A stretch of 64,000 nucleotides of DNA, taken from contig QHUS01000045.1 in the NCBI GenBank assembly GCA_003222035.1, forward strand, positions 2,615 to 66,614, in the 5' to 3' direction. The position numbers and the translations under genes are program-made. The notes under the pieces were generated by a model. That model had not been told where the DNA came from. It did not search any database and saw nothing but the letters and a program-made list of their open reading frames with translations. This DNA is from Gemmatimonadota bacterium (lineage in GTDB: Bacteria > Gemmatimonadota > Gemmatimonadetes > Gemmatimonadales > GWC2-71-9). Numbering within the stretch: the first letter of the stretch is position 1; every line of letters begins with the position of its first letter. Positions 8,585-18,079 of this stretch are shown here, in pieces.

Positions 8585-9439
8585 CTATGGAGACGGCTCC
8601 TTCCCGGCGTCGGGCACGAACAGGCTCTGGCTGAAACGCCCTTTCCCGAACTCCCCGATCCGACGTTGGGTCTCGGGCGCGACCAGGAAGTCCGCCAGCG
8701 CCCGGCCACCCGCGACGTTGATGCGCGATGCGTTCTTCGGATTCAGCTCGAGGACGTGGTACACGTTGTACAGCGAGGTATCGCCCTCGACCATGGGGAC
8801 GACGTGCAGCTTGTCCCGCCAGGCGAGGTAGGTGGCGCGGTCGGTGAGCGTGTACCCGCGCTTTTCGTCGGCGAGTTGGAGCGTCGCGCCCATCCCCTGC
8901 CCAGATTCGATGTACCAGCCGTCGCGGGGAGGCGTCGAGAATCCGGCGCGCTTCCAGAGCAGCTGCTCGCGCAAGTGCGTACCCGATTGGTCGCCGCGGG
9001 ACACGAATGGACCGTGGCCTTCCGCGATCCGCCGCATGGCCGCCACTGGATCGCTCATGCCGCGCAGCCCCGCGGGGTCGGCTGCCGGGCCCACGATGAG
9101 AAACTCGTTGTGCATCACGATGCGGCGTCGCACGAAGTAGCCCGAATCGACCAGCACGCGCTCGGCCTCGGGCGCGTGCGACAGGACCACGTCCGCGTCG
9201 CCGCGCTTGCCCATGGCGAGCGCCTGCCCGCTGCCGACGGCGATCACTTTCACGGTGTAGCCGCTGGCGCGCTCGAAGTCGGGCAGAATGGAGTCGAGCA
9301 GGCCAGCGTCGCGGGTGCTGGTCGTGGTGGCGAGGATGACGGCGGACGACTGGGCGGCAAGAGGCGACAAGGGGCGGCATGGGACGGCAACGAGAACCGC
9401 GGCAGCAGTGAGCGCCGCTGCACCGTGCCGCCTTCTCAC
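8585..9439 (-). CDS. tupA: periplasmic tungstate/molybdate-type substrate-binding protein (TupA-like)
   Basis: Signal peptide, then ILATTTSTRDAGLLDSILPDFE (the TTTS anion-binding motif I associate with TupA) and FVSRGDQSGTH. 284 aa. 4-nt overlap with the porin gene. Confidence 0.7.
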   Translation of the reverse strand: MRRRHGAAALTAAAVLVAVPCRPLSPLAAQSSAVILATTTSTRDAGLLDSILPDFERASGYTVKVIAVGSGQALAMGKRGDADVVLSHAPEAERVLVDSGYFVRRRIVMHNEFLIVGPAADPAGLRGMSDPVAAMRRIAEGHGPFVSRGDQSGTHLREQLLWKRAGFSTPPRDGWYIESGQGMGATLQLADEKRGYTLTDRATYLAWRDKLHVVPMVEGDTSLYNVYHVLELNPKNASRINVAGGRALADFLVAPETQRRIGEFGKGRFSQSLFVPDAGKEPSP

Positions 9440-10386
9440 CAGCGCACCTGCATCTGTACCACCCCGCGGTCGTTTTTCACCTGGGTCGTCTGCTCGCGGA
9501 ACACTTCGTAGTCGGCCATCATCTTCAAGTCGTCGCCGCGCCAGAAGTACTGCACGCCCGCGAGATACCCCGTCGTCCGGTCGGTTGTGACCTGGTCACT
9601 CGGGTCGTACTGCTCGACGCGTGCGACGAGCTGGGCGTGGCGCGGCACCACCGCGTACGCCGCCAGCGCGTACCATCCGGTCGTATGCACGTCGGTTCTG
9701 CGATTGTGCTCGTCGATATACTCCGCCCGCGCCGTCCACCGCGCCCTCCGGTACATGCCCTGCGCGCCGACCCCGCTCAAGTCGCTGTAGCCCTCGAACG
9801 CCCCACCCACGTCGAGCCCCTTTACAGGCGTCACGATGGCGCGCGCGAAATAGGCCATGCGGTTATCCGGGTTGGTGGCCCGGTTGGGACCCTCCCCGTT
9901 TACGACGGCGCCCTGCAGCGTCACGCGATCGGGAATGCGCCACTCCCCCTGCACGCCGATGTCGCGTTTGGCTGCGTTCACGATCAGCGAACGCTCGGTC
10001 GTCTCGAGGGTCGTGGAGCTGAGCAAGGATTCCAGGGCAAACGGGACGCGAAACTGTCCGACGGTGGCTCCCCACCCGCCGTGCGTCGCTTTCACCCACA
10101 GGTCCGTGGCGGAAAGGCTGAGCGGCGACGCGGCGGGCGTCGCCGCGGCGCCGGCCGTGCGCATCTCGACCTGCGCGCGATACGACGCCCAAGGGGTAAC
10201 GTTCCCCTCCAGGGCGAAGCGCGCTCGCCGCAGGAAGAACACCGCCGTATCACCATGCACCTCGAAGCGCGGTTGGAGATAGCCTGTCAGCTTGGGCGTG
10301 GTGGAGAACGGAGCGGGGGTTGACTGCGCCGTCGCGCGCAGGGCCGCGCAGCAGGCCAGAACCACGATGAAGAAGGGCGAGCGCAT
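9436..10386 (-). CDS. outer-membrane porin (OprO/OprP-like anion porin family)
   Basis: Signal peptide ending ATAQS, alternating beta-strand pattern, FFLRRARFALEG motif, C-terminal ...VVQMQVRW aromatic terminus. Confidence 0.65.
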   Translation of the reverse strand: MRSPFFIVVLACCAALRATAQSTPAPFSTTPKLTGYLQPRFEVHGDTAVFFLRRARFALEGNVTPWASYRAQVEMRTAGAAATPAASPLSLSATDLWVKATHGGWGATVGQFRVPFALESLLSSTTLETTERSLIVNAAKRDIGVQGEWRIPDRVTLQGAVVNGEGPNRATNPDNRMAYFARAIVTPVKGLDVGGAFEGYSDLSGVGAQGMYRRARWTARAEYIDEHNRRTDVHTTGWYALAAYAVVPRHAQLVARVEQYDPSDQVTTDRTTGYLAGVQYFWRGDDLKMMADYEVFREQTTQVKNDRGVVQMQVRW

Positions 10387-10410
10387 GCCACCAAACTACG
10401 CGTCGCCCGC

Positions 10411-10436
10411 CCGATAGGCTACCGCGTGCCTATCGG
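10411..10436. promoter_or_regulatory. 9-bp perfect inverted repeat CCGATAGGC-N8-GCCTATCGG between the ModE-like gene and the porin-tupA genes
   Basis: ccgataggc taccgcgt gcctatcgg. Overlaps the stop codon of the regulator gene and lies 25-50 nt upstream of the porin start. Could be an operator or an attenuator hairpin. Confidence 0.4.
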
Positions 10437-10810
10437 CGCAAAAGCTTTCGAAATGCCACGTCGCTCTGCCGGAGCGCTTCGCGCCGCCACGTCTCGAACA
10501 GCTTCACGAGCCGGCGGGCCTCCGGCGTGAGTCGGGATCCCCCGCGACGCGCGCCACCACGGGTCGTGACCAGCACCTTGGCGCCGAGGACGCGCTCCAT
10601 CTCGCGGATGCGATTGAGGCAGGTGCGATAGCTCCACCCCACCTCGCCACCGGCCGCTCGGATCGTGCCCCGCCGGTCAACCGCGTCGAGGAACCGTAGA
10701 TAGCGCGGCCCCATGAGGAACGCCCCGTCCCAATTGAGCCACAGCTTGTGGTGCGGTTTCAGATGGGCGCCCAGGGAGGTGGCGCGGGGGCGGGGGCGAG
10801 ACGGAGCCAT
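10430..10810 (-). CDS. ModE N-terminal-like winged-helix regulator (no Mop domains)
   Basis: 126 aa. LRFLDAVDRRGTIRAAGGEVGWSYRTCLNRIREME...TTRGGARRGGSRLTPEARRL matches the ModE/LysR-type N-terminal wHTH pattern. Confidence 0.7.
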   Translation of the reverse strand: MAPSRPRPRATSLGAHLKPHHKLWLNWDGAFLMGPRYLRFLDAVDRRGTIRAAGGEVGWSYRTCLNRIREMERVLGAKVLVTTRGGARRGGSRLTPEARRLVKLFETWRREALRQSDVAFRKLLRR

Positions 10811-10863
10811 ACCGGTCGGCGTGAGCTAGATTTGTGCTGCGAAAGCTAGCGGCTGTGTTTCCC

Positions 10864-11334
10864 ATGAGCCAACTCCTCGATGCCATCGCCGGCGTCCCCA
10901 ACGCCTCGGAGCCGATCCCCGGAATCGTGACTGGCGGACAGCCCACCCTCGAGCACCTCGCGGCACTGAAGCGCGCGGGATGCAAGGTGGTGATCGACAT
11001 CCGCGAGGGGATGGAGCCCCAGCCGTTCAAACGGCCCGAGGCGGTCGTACAGGCCGGACTCGAGTACCGACACATCCCCGTGGGGCACGGCGCGGTGAGC
11101 GACGCCACCTTTGGCCGCCTTGTAGACGCCGTGCGTGAGCTCGCCGGAAGGACTCCCGCCTTTGTCTATTGCAGCAGCGCCAACCGCGTCGGGGGGGCAC
11201 TGCTTCCCTATTTCATGCTGGAACAGGGCGTGGAAGAAGAGGATGCGGTCGCGCAGGCGCTGCGGGTGGGCCTACGCAGTGCCGAGCTGATGGAGCAGGC
11301 CTTGGAGTACGTGCGGAGCAGGCAGGGGGTGTAG
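10864..11334 (+). CDS. DUF442 / protein-tyrosine-phosphatase-like fold protein
   Basis: IVTGGQPTLEHLAALKRAGCKVVIDIR and a P-loop-like CSSANRVG. ATG at 10864 is preferred over GTG at 10834 because it leaves a 53-nt divergent spacer. Confidence 0.6.
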   Translation: MSQLLDAIAGVPNASEPIPGIVTGGQPTLEHLAALKRAGCKVVIDIREGMEPQPFKRPEAVVQAGLEYRHIPVGHGAVSDATFGRLVDAVRELAGRTPAFVYCSSANRVGGALLPYFMLEQGVEEEDAVAQALRVGLRSAELMEQALEYVRSRQGV

Positions 11335-11347
11335 CACGCGGCCACGG

Positions 11348-11719
11348 CTATGGGTTGCGTTGCCAGTACATTCGCATCTCCCTGATCTTGCCGTCCTTGG
11401 TCTCGCAAAAGATCGCCCCACGAGCGTCGACCCATTCGCCGGTCCGGCGGCGGCGATAGGTGCACCGAAACTCGGTGGCGAACCAGGGACCCGCGACGTA
11501 CATCTCACCCGCCTTGAAAGTCGTGTCCGCCTGGTTGGCGGGGACGTCTTTCCAATAGTCGCGGATCTGGTCGAGACCGACGCGCTGGCTGCTGAACGGG
11601 TTCTCGAGGAACACCGCCTCGGGCGCGAACACGGAGGTGATTTCATCCACCGCGCCGCGCTCCCACCCGCGGCCAAACGTATTCACCAGTTCGCGATACG
11701 CCTCGGTCATGGCGCCCAA
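11348..11719 (-). CDS. SnoaL-like / NTF2-fold protein
   Basis: 123 aa. AVFLENPFS...IRDYW...ARGAIFCETKDGKIREMRMYW pattern typical of the SnoaL/NTF2-like fold. Confidence 0.55.
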   Translation of the reverse strand: MGAMTEAYRELVNTFGRGWERGAVDEITSVFAPEAVFLENPFSSQRVGLDQIRDYWKDVPANQADTTFKAGEMYVAGPWFATEFRCTYRRRRTGEWVDARGAIFCETKDGKIREMRMYWQRNP

Positions 11720-11832
11720 TATACGCCAAATCTGGAACCATCGGCCGAAGCGTATGGTAGACGGGAGCGGTCACGAGTCGCTCCTACCGTCCCGTGACCT
11801 TTCACGGCGAAACCGTACACAGGAGGATGAAT

Positions 11833-12210
11833 ATGTTGAAGCGTATCCTCGCGACGACCACCGTTCTGGCTCTGTTCGCGCTGCCGCTCATGGCGCAGGG
11901 GCATGCGATGGCGGCCGGCGACGAGATCACGATCACCGGTCAGGTGGTGGACCTGAATTGCCACACGACCAACGGCGCGTCCGGCGCGGCACACAAGGCG
12001 TGCGCGCAGGCGTGCGCGAAAGCGGGCGTGCCGCTGGGCATTCTGGCGAGCGACGGCACGATTTACTTGCCCGTGAGCTCGAAGCCCGGCGATCCGCAGA
12101 ACTCGAAGCTCTCGCAGTTCGCGGAAGCGCAGGTGAAAGTCACGGGCACGCATCGTTTCGTGTCGGGCCTGCACACCATCGAGATCAAGACCGTCTCGGC
12201 CGCGTCGTAA
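11833..12210 (+). CDS. small secreted Cys-containing protein, unknown function
   Basis: AGGAGG at 11821-11826, 6 nt before ATG 11833. Signal peptide MLKRILATTTVLALFALPLMAQG. Stop overlaps the next start (TAATG). Confidence 0.5.
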   Translation: MLKRILATTTVLALFALPLMAQGHAMAAGDEITITGQVVDLNCHTTNGASGAAHKACAQACAKAGVPLGILASDGTIYLPVSSKPGDPQNSKLSQFAEAQVKVTGTHRFVSGLHTIEIKTVSAAS

Positions 12211-13571
12211 TGCGGCTGGTGCTGGGCGCCCTGCTGGCGGCGGCCCTGTTCGGCTGCCGCCGCACGGCGCCCAGCGGCTTCACACTTCTCTTTCTGGGGC
12301 GCTCGCCCGCCGCGTCGCTGGGTGGGCTCACGTGGGCGCCCGACCCAGAACACGCCCGGCTGGTCGGATTCGACCGGGAGCTGCGTGTCGCCCGTGTCAT
12401 CTCGAGCCCCCGACTCGCCACGCCGATGGCCGTGGCGCCGCTCACCGGGAGCGAGCTGCTGGTTACCGAGCACACGGGTGAAGGCGTCGTCATCGACACC
12501 GCGGGGCGTCCGGTGCGTGAGTGGACGAGCCCGGACATCGCGTCGCTGTACGCGGTCGGTGGCGGCCGGGTGGCCGCGACCCGCTCGCCCTATTACGTGC
12601 CCCAGCTGGGGGCGCCCGAGCCCGAGGCGGCGCCCCTGATCCGGATCCTCGACACGATGGGACGTCCCACCGGCGGCCTCGCCACCATCCGCCGGGCGGC
12701 AACGCCATTACTCGACAATCTCGTGAACGCGGGCGCGCTCGCTCTGGACGCGGGGGGCGCGGCGTACTATGCGCCGCTGGTGCGCGACGAGATCCGCAAG
12801 TACGGACCCGGGGGCCAATTGCTCTGGTCCGCGAAACGGGGGCTGTATCCGAGCGAGCCCGATCCCGTGTTCCTCCCGGCCAAGGGTACCGAGCTGCGCC
12901 TGCGGAGCGCACTCGTGAACGTGGCGCTCGCGCTCGGCCCCGATGGGCGGCTGTACGCCCTCGGTGCCGACGACTCGGCCGCGACCCGGCTGCGGGTGGA
13001 TGTGCTCGACACGGCGACGGGCGCGATCGTCCTGACGAGACACCTGGGCGCGCGCGAGACCGCGGTCGCGGTGAGCGAGGACGGAGCACTCGTGCTACGC
13101 GACGCCGATTCGCTGTTGGCACGAGCGGGGGCCACGGGCAGGGAGCGGCAGCCGTTCGCCCCCGCGTTCGCCCTGCCCGACCTGAAGGGCGACACGGTGA
13201 CGCTCGCGCGCTTCGCGGGCAAGGTGACGCTCGTGAACTTCTGGGCCTCGTGGTGCGACCCGTGCCGGGAGGAGTTCCCCCACATGGCCGAGCTGTACCG
13301 CGAGTTCGACCGCGCGGACTTCGAGATCGCGGCTGTATCGGATGACGTGGACCGCCGCAGCATGCGCGGGTTCGTCGCGCGGTTCCGCCCGCCCTTCCCC
13401 ATCCTGGCCGGAGGCGGTCGCATGAAGCAGCTGTATCACTACCGCGGCCTGCCGTACTCGGTGCTGCTCGACCGCCATGGCCGGGTGATCGAGCGCATCT
13501 TCGGCTTCGGCGGCGCCGCGGAGTTCGGGAAACTGCGCGCCACTATTGCAAAGGAGGTTGGCGTTCCCTAG
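12210..13571 (+). CDS. lipoprotein with a beta-propeller-like N-region and a C-terminal TlpA/AhpC-type thioredoxin domain
   Basis: Start MRLVLGALLAAALFGC (lipobox) at 12210. C-terminal FWASWCDPCREEFPHM (CxxC thioredoxin motif). The track ORF from 11637 is an artefactual extension. Confidence 0.8.
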   Translation: MRLVLGALLAAALFGCRRTAPSGFTLLFLGRSPAASLGGLTWAPDPEHARLVGFDRELRVARVISSPRLATPMAVAPLTGSELLVTEHTGEGVVIDTAGRPVREWTSPDIASLYAVGGGRVAATRSPYYVPQLGAPEPEAAPLIRILDTMGRPTGGLATIRRAATPLLDNLVNAGALALDAGGAAYYAPLVRDEIRKYGPGGQLLWSAKRGLYPSEPDPVFLPAKGTELRLRSALVNVALALGPDGRLYALGADDSAATRLRVDVLDTATGAIVLTRHLGARETAVAVSEDGALVLRDADSLLARAGATGRERQPFAPAFALPDLKGDTVTLARFAGKVTLVNFWASWCDPCREEFPHMAELYREFDRADFEIAAVSDDVDRRSMRGFVARFRPPFPILAGGGRMKQLYHYRGLPYSVLLDRHGRVIERIFGFGGAAEFGKLRATIAKEVGVP

Positions 13572-13581
13572 CCTTCAGTTC

Positions 13582-14580
13582 GTGACCGATCGTACTCTTC
13601 CCCCGTCCCCCGTCCCCCTTCCCGTCATTATCGACTCCGATCCCGGCATCGACGACATGCTGGCGCTGTTCCTGGCGCTGGCGTCGCCCGAGCTCGACGT
13701 CCGAGGCGTGTCGGTCTCCTACGGCAACACGGTGGTGGAGAACGCCTACCGTAACGCGGTCGCCATCCTGCGGCGCGCGGGCAAGCGGACGACCCTCGGC
13801 GTGGGAGCCCGGCGGCCGCTGAAGCGGGGGCTCGCGGTCGCGCGCGAAACGCACGGCGAGTCGGGTCTAGGATACGCGAGTGTTCCGCCCGCGGGCGTGA
13901 TCCTCGACTTCGTCAAGTCACTCGACCGGCTGCTCGCGGAGCAGCCGGCGCCCGTCACGCTGGTGACACTCGGTCCGGTGACGAGCCTGGCGCTCGCATG
14001 GCGCAGAGACCCCGACCTGGTGCGGGCCAAGGTGGCGCGGCACATCGCGATGATCGGTAACGTGGCCGCTCAGGGCAACACGACTCGCTATTCCGAGTTC
14101 AATGCGTGGTGCGATCCCGAGGCGCTGGACATCGTGCTGCGCGCCGAGCTGCCGACCGAGATGGTGGGTCTGGACGTCACCCGTGAAATGGTGCTCGCTC
14201 CCCACGAGATCACACGTCTGCAGCATGCCGGCGCGGGAGCGGAACATGCGCACTGGATCCAGGATGCGCTGCGCTTTTATGTCGACTTCCACAAGCAGCA
14301 GGAAGGGCTCGACGGGTGCATCGTGAACGACGTGCTGCCAATCGCGGCGCTCATCAAGCCCGCGTGCCTCACGTTCGAGGAGAAACGATTGGTGGTGGAT
14401 CTCGACGATGGGGAGCACCGGGGACACACGCGCATCGATTCCAAAGAAGTGGGACCCCTGGTGAAGGTGGCGACGGAAGTGGACGTCAGCATGGTACGTC
14501 CGCTCCTGTCGGAGCGTGTGTTCCGCTGGGCCGTGCACCAGGCAGCCAGCCCGATCGTGGCGCAAGAGACGCCGGCGTGA
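13582..14580 (+). CDS. nucleoside hydrolase (IUNH family)
   Basis: IIDSDPGIDDMLAL (DxDxxxDD calcium/ribose motif). GTG at 13582 lies just after the upstream stop. The alternative start at 13546 would overlap by 26 nt. Confidence 0.85.
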   Translation: MTDRTLPPSPVPLPVIIDSDPGIDDMLALFLALASPELDVRGVSVSYGNTVVENAYRNAVAILRRAGKRTTLGVGARRPLKRGLAVARETHGESGLGYASVPPAGVILDFVKSLDRLLAEQPAPVTLVTLGPVTSLALAWRRDPDLVRAKVARHIAMIGNVAAQGNTTRYSEFNAWCDPEALDIVLRAELPTEMVGLDVTREMVLAPHEITRLQHAGAGAEHAHWIQDALRFYVDFHKQQEGLDGCIVNDVLPIAALIKPACLTFEEKRLVVDLDDGEHRGHTRIDSKEVGPLVKVATEVDVSMVRPLLSERVFRWAVHQAASPIVAQETPA

Positions 14581-15527
14581 CGGCCCTGCCCCAGAAGGTC
14601 GCCGTGATCGGTGGGGGAGACATCGGTTGCGGCTGGGCCGCACTGTGCGCCTCTGCAGGGTGGCCGGTCACGGTGTTCGATTCGAATGCCAGCGGGCTCG
14701 AGCGCGCCGCTACGGACGTGCCGCGCCGAACCCGCGCGCTGGTGGCGCTCGAGCGCGCCACGTCGGGAATCGTGGAGCGCGGCCTGAAGGAATTCACGCA
14801 GGCGCGCAGCCTGCTCCAGGCCGTGCAGGACGCCGACTGGGTGATCGAGGCGATCCCGGAAGACATGATCGCGAAGCAGAAGGTGTTCGGCTCGATCGAA
14901 CAGGTGGCGAGGGCCGACGCGCTGCTCACGAGCTCGTCGAGCGGCATCCCGCCCGCGGACATCTTCGCGCGCTGCCGCCGCCAGGACCGTTGCCTGGTGA
15001 CACACCCGCTGAACCCACCGGAGCTCATACCGCTGGTCGAGGTGGTCCCCGCGGCACGCACCAGCGCCGCCGCCGTGGTGCAGGCTCAGGAGTGGCTGCG
15101 CGCCCTGGGCCGCATGCCGATCCTCCTCAAGAAGCCGATTCCGGGCTACGTCGTGGGCCGGATCGCCGCCGCCGTGTGGCGGCAGTGTATCGATCTCGTT
15201 CTGGACGGTGCGATCGACGTGGACCAACTGGACCGCGCGGTCTCGCTCGGCCCGGCGCTCGGCTGGGCGGCCGCAGGCCCGCATCTCACGTATCACCTCG
15301 CCGCCGGGGACGGCGGCGTCACCCTGTTCGTCCAGCAGCTCCTCGCGAGCTTCGAGGGCTGGTGGGGTCAGCTCGCGACGTGGCAGCGGCTCGAGCCCGA
15401 GCAGCAGCGGGCGCTGACTCAGAGCATTGAACGGGCCTATAAGAGCAACATCGAGCAGCTGCGAGAAGCCCGCGACCGGAGGCTCGGGGCGATCTTGCGG
15501 GCGTTGGAGCAGGCGAGAACGACATAA
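14577..15527 (+). CDS. 3-hydroxyacyl-CoA dehydrogenase family (L-carnitine dehydrogenase-like) oxidoreductase
   Basis: GTG at 14577 overlaps the upstream TGA (GTGA). Rossmann motif KVAVIGGGDIGCGWA. HPLNPPELIPLVEVV is typical of the 3HCDH family. Confidence 0.8.
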   Translation: MTALPQKVAVIGGGDIGCGWAALCASAGWPVTVFDSNASGLERAATDVPRRTRALVALERATSGIVERGLKEFTQARSLLQAVQDADWVIEAIPEDMIAKQKVFGSIEQVARADALLTSSSSGIPPADIFARCRRQDRCLVTHPLNPPELIPLVEVVPAARTSAAAVVQAQEWLRALGRMPILLKKPIPGYVVGRIAAAVWRQCIDLVLDGAIDVDQLDRAVSLGPALGWAAAGPHLTYHLAAGDGGVTLFVQQLLASFEGWWGQLATWQRLEPEQQRALTQSIERAYKSNIEQLREARDRRLGAILRALEQARTT

Positions 15528-15537
15528 GACTTAGCCG

Positions 15538-15969
15538 TTATTTTTTCTCCGCTCGCACCATGAGAATCGGCACCATGGTGTGATGTCGTAACGCTGTCGC
15601 AGTGCTGCCACGAAGCACGTCCTCGAGCAACCGATGCCCGTGCGTGGCCATTGCGATGAGGTCGCAGCGCTCCCGCTCCGCCACGGCGGCAATCTCCTGG
15701 GCGGGGTCGCCGGCGGCGAGCACGGCGTCGGCGTCGAACCCCTCCGCCACGAGCCGTGCGCACGTGTCCTCGAGGTAGGCGCGGTCGTCGCGCATCTCCT
15801 CCGATTCGCGCAGGTCGAGCTCCTTGATGTTGCGGGCCACCCACCCGTCCGCCACGTGCACGAGCACCAGCGCCGACCCCAAACGCCGGGCCAGCTCACG
15901 CACGTGCGCGAGGATCGTCTCGTCGGCCGGAGAGTGCTCGAGGGGAACGAGGATCCGGGCGTACATCAC
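15538..15969 (-). CDS. universal stress protein
   Basis: 143 aa. ILVPLEHSP...LVLVHV...[10 protein letters not shown]...[18 protein letters not shown] is the UspA pattern. Start overlaps the mntH stop. Confidence 0.85.
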   Translation of the reverse strand: MMYARILVPLEHSPADETILAHVRELARRLGSALVLVHVADGWVARNIKELDLRESEEMRDDRAYLEDTCARLVAEGFDADAVLAAGDPAQEIAAVAERERCDLIAMATHGHRLLEDVLRGSTATALRHHTMVPILMVRAEKK

Positions 15970-17327
15970 CCCGCCCAGCTACGCAACGTCTGGGCGAGGA
16001 GCCAGGCGTTGAGGGCCGCGATCAGGACCGCGACGACATACGCCAGAGTCTTCACCCACCTCGAATTCACGAACTCGCCCATCTTCAGACGATCGGAGGT
16101 GAACCAGACGAGCGGGAACACGGCGAAGGACAGTTGCAGGCTGAGAATCACCTGACTCAGGATGAGGAGCTTGGCAGTGCCGCTCTCCCCGAAGAAGATA
16201 GCGGTGAACGCGGCCGGCACAATCGCGATCAGCCGGGTGATCAGACGCCGGAGCCAGGGCCGGATGCGGATGTTGAGAAACCCCTCCATCACGATCTGGC
16301 CCGCCAGCGTTCCGGTAAGCGTGGAATTCTGCCCCGACGCGAGCAGCGCGAGTGCGAAGACGGTGCTGGCGCCAGTCACCCCGAGCAGCGGCGTGAGCAG
16401 CTGATACGCTTGCTGAATCTCGGCCACGCCGGTGTGTCCGGCGCGATGAAACGTGGCCGCCGCCACGATCAGGATCGCCGCGTTGATGAACAACGCGAAG
16501 CTCAGCGCGACGGTCGAATCGAGAAACGCGTACTTCACCGCCATCCGCTTGCCGGCCGGTGTCTCTTCGTATGCTCGCGTCTGCACCACCGACGAGTGGA
16601 GGTACAGGTTGTGCGGCATCACCGTGGCGCCGAGGATCCCGATCGCGATGTACAGCTTGTCGCGATCGGCCAGGATGCTGGGGCTCGGCACGAATCCGGC
16701 GGCGACCGCGCCCACGGCCGGGTGCGAGATGACGATCTCGAACAGGAAGCACCCCGCGATCGTCGCGATCAGCACCACCACCAACGCCTCGAGCAGCCGG
16801 AATCCCCTGTGCTGCAGCAACAGCACGATCAGCACGTCGAGCGCGGTGATCATGATGCCCCAGGTCATCGGAATGCCGAACAGCAGGTTGAGCCCGATCG
16901 CCGATCCAATCACCTCCGCCAGGTCGCAAGCCGCGATCGCGATCTCGCACAGCACCCAAAGGGCGATCGTCGTGGGTCGCGAGAAGTCGTCGCGGCACGC
17001 CTGCGCCAGGTCGCGCCCCGAAACGATGCCGAGCTTCGCGGCGAGCCCCTGCAGCAGGATCGCCATCAGGTTCGACAACAGTATGACCGACAGCAGCGTG
17101 TACCCGAAGCGCGAGCCGCCCGCCAGGTCCGTGGCCCAGTTGCCCGGATCCATGTAACCCACGGCGACGAGGTAGCCGGGGCCCGCGAACGCCAGCGCCT
17201 TGCGCCACCAGCCGCCGGCGTGGATCGGGACGGTGCGGTAGACCTCGGCGAGGCTCGGTGTGAGCCGGGGACGTCGCCATCCGGGCTCGGGACCGGTGAT
17301 CGGGATGTTCGGGCGGGGCGTGGCCAT
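15966..17327 (-). CDS. mntH: Nramp-family divalent metal (Mn2+/Fe2+) transporter
   Basis: Start MATPRPNIP at 17327 (ATGA overlap with the upstream gene). Signature [23 protein letters not shown] and [12 protein letters not shown]. Confidence 0.9.
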   Translation of the reverse strand: MATPRPNIPITGPEPGWRRPRLTPSLAEVYRTVPIHAGGWWRKALAFAGPGYLVAVGYMDPGNWATDLAGGSRFGYTLLSVILLSNLMAILLQGLAAKLGIVSGRDLAQACRDDFSRPTTIALWVLCEIAIAACDLAEVIGSAIGLNLLFGIPMTWGIMITALDVLIVLLLQHRGFRLLEALVVVLIATIAGCFLFEIVISHPAVGAVAAGFVPSPSILADRDKLYIAIGILGATVMPHNLYLHSSVVQTRAYEETPAGKRMAVKYAFLDSTVALSFALFINAAILIVAAATFHRAGHTGVAEIQQAYQLLTPLLGVTGASTVFALALLASGQNSTLTGTLAGQIVMEGFLNIRIRPWLRRLITRLIAIVPAAFTAIFFGESGTAKLLILSQVILSLQLSFAVFPLVWFTSDRLKMGEFVNSRWVKTLAYVVAVLIAALNAWLLAQTLRSWAG

Positions 17328-18079
17328 CAGGGACCGGTGTGCCCGAACGGGTGCTCGAAGCTCAGATAAACGAACGGTCCGACATCGAATGCGTAGGCGA
17401 GCCCGGGAACGATTTGGAGGCCATTGCGCAGATTGTACGCCCAGCGGATTCCGGGACTGACGATCAGCTCGTCGCCGCTCGCAGCGCCGAGCCACACGAC
17501 CTCGACCAGCGCATTGAACGCAGGCCGCACGAGCCAGATCGCGCTCGCGCCGAGGTTGTACACAGTCCGGGCCGAAGGCGTGAAGGTCGTCCCGGCATTC
17601 CAATGCGTGACGAGCTGGCGCGTGATGGTCACGCTCACGGGCAGGTTGAACTGCATGCCGAGCTCGCCCGCCCCCGACCGAAACGAGGCGGTCGGCAGCA
17701 GCACCGAGAGCCGCGGAGCCACAGCGAGACGATCGGCCGCGACGAGCTGGTAGCGGTAGTTGACCGCCACGTCGCCCACACCCGTGGCGCTACCAATCCC
17801 GTTGCGCAGCCTTGCGATCGGCAGCGTGTAGCTCAGTTGATTCTTCTGGCCGAACAGGGGCCACTCCTGAGTGAACGTGTACATCCAGGAATCGGCGTCG
17901 CGAAACAACTGGAGTCCGCTGATGTGCTGCACCACGTGGGGCTCCTGGTTGTACGCCTCTTCGATCAGGAAGCTGTTGTCGGAGATGGACGGTGCAGCTG
18001 CGGGGTCCTGGGCCACGGCGCCGCTCGCGCGGAGCAAACCGAGTGCGACGGCGACGGCATTGAGTGCGGTCGAGCTCAT
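17327..18079 (-). CDS. small outer-membrane beta-barrel (MetA-pathway/transporter-like), candidate OM metal channel
   Basis: Signal peptide [25 protein letters not shown] and alternating strand pattern. ATG 18079 overlaps the mntR stop (ATGA). An alternative GTG lies at 18100. Confidence 0.65.
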   Translation of the reverse strand: MSSTALNAVAVALGLLRASGAVAQDPAAAPSISDNSFLIEEAYNQEPHVVQHISGLQLFRDADSWMYTFTQEWPLFGQKNQLSYTLPIARLRNGIGSATGVGDVAVNYRYQLVAADRLAVAPRLSVLLPTASFRSGAGELGMQFNLPVSVTITRQLVTHWNAGTTFTPSARTVYNLGASAIWLVRPAFNALVEVVWLGAASGDELIVSPGIRWAYNLRNGLQIVPGLAYAFDVGPFVYLSFEHPFGHTGP

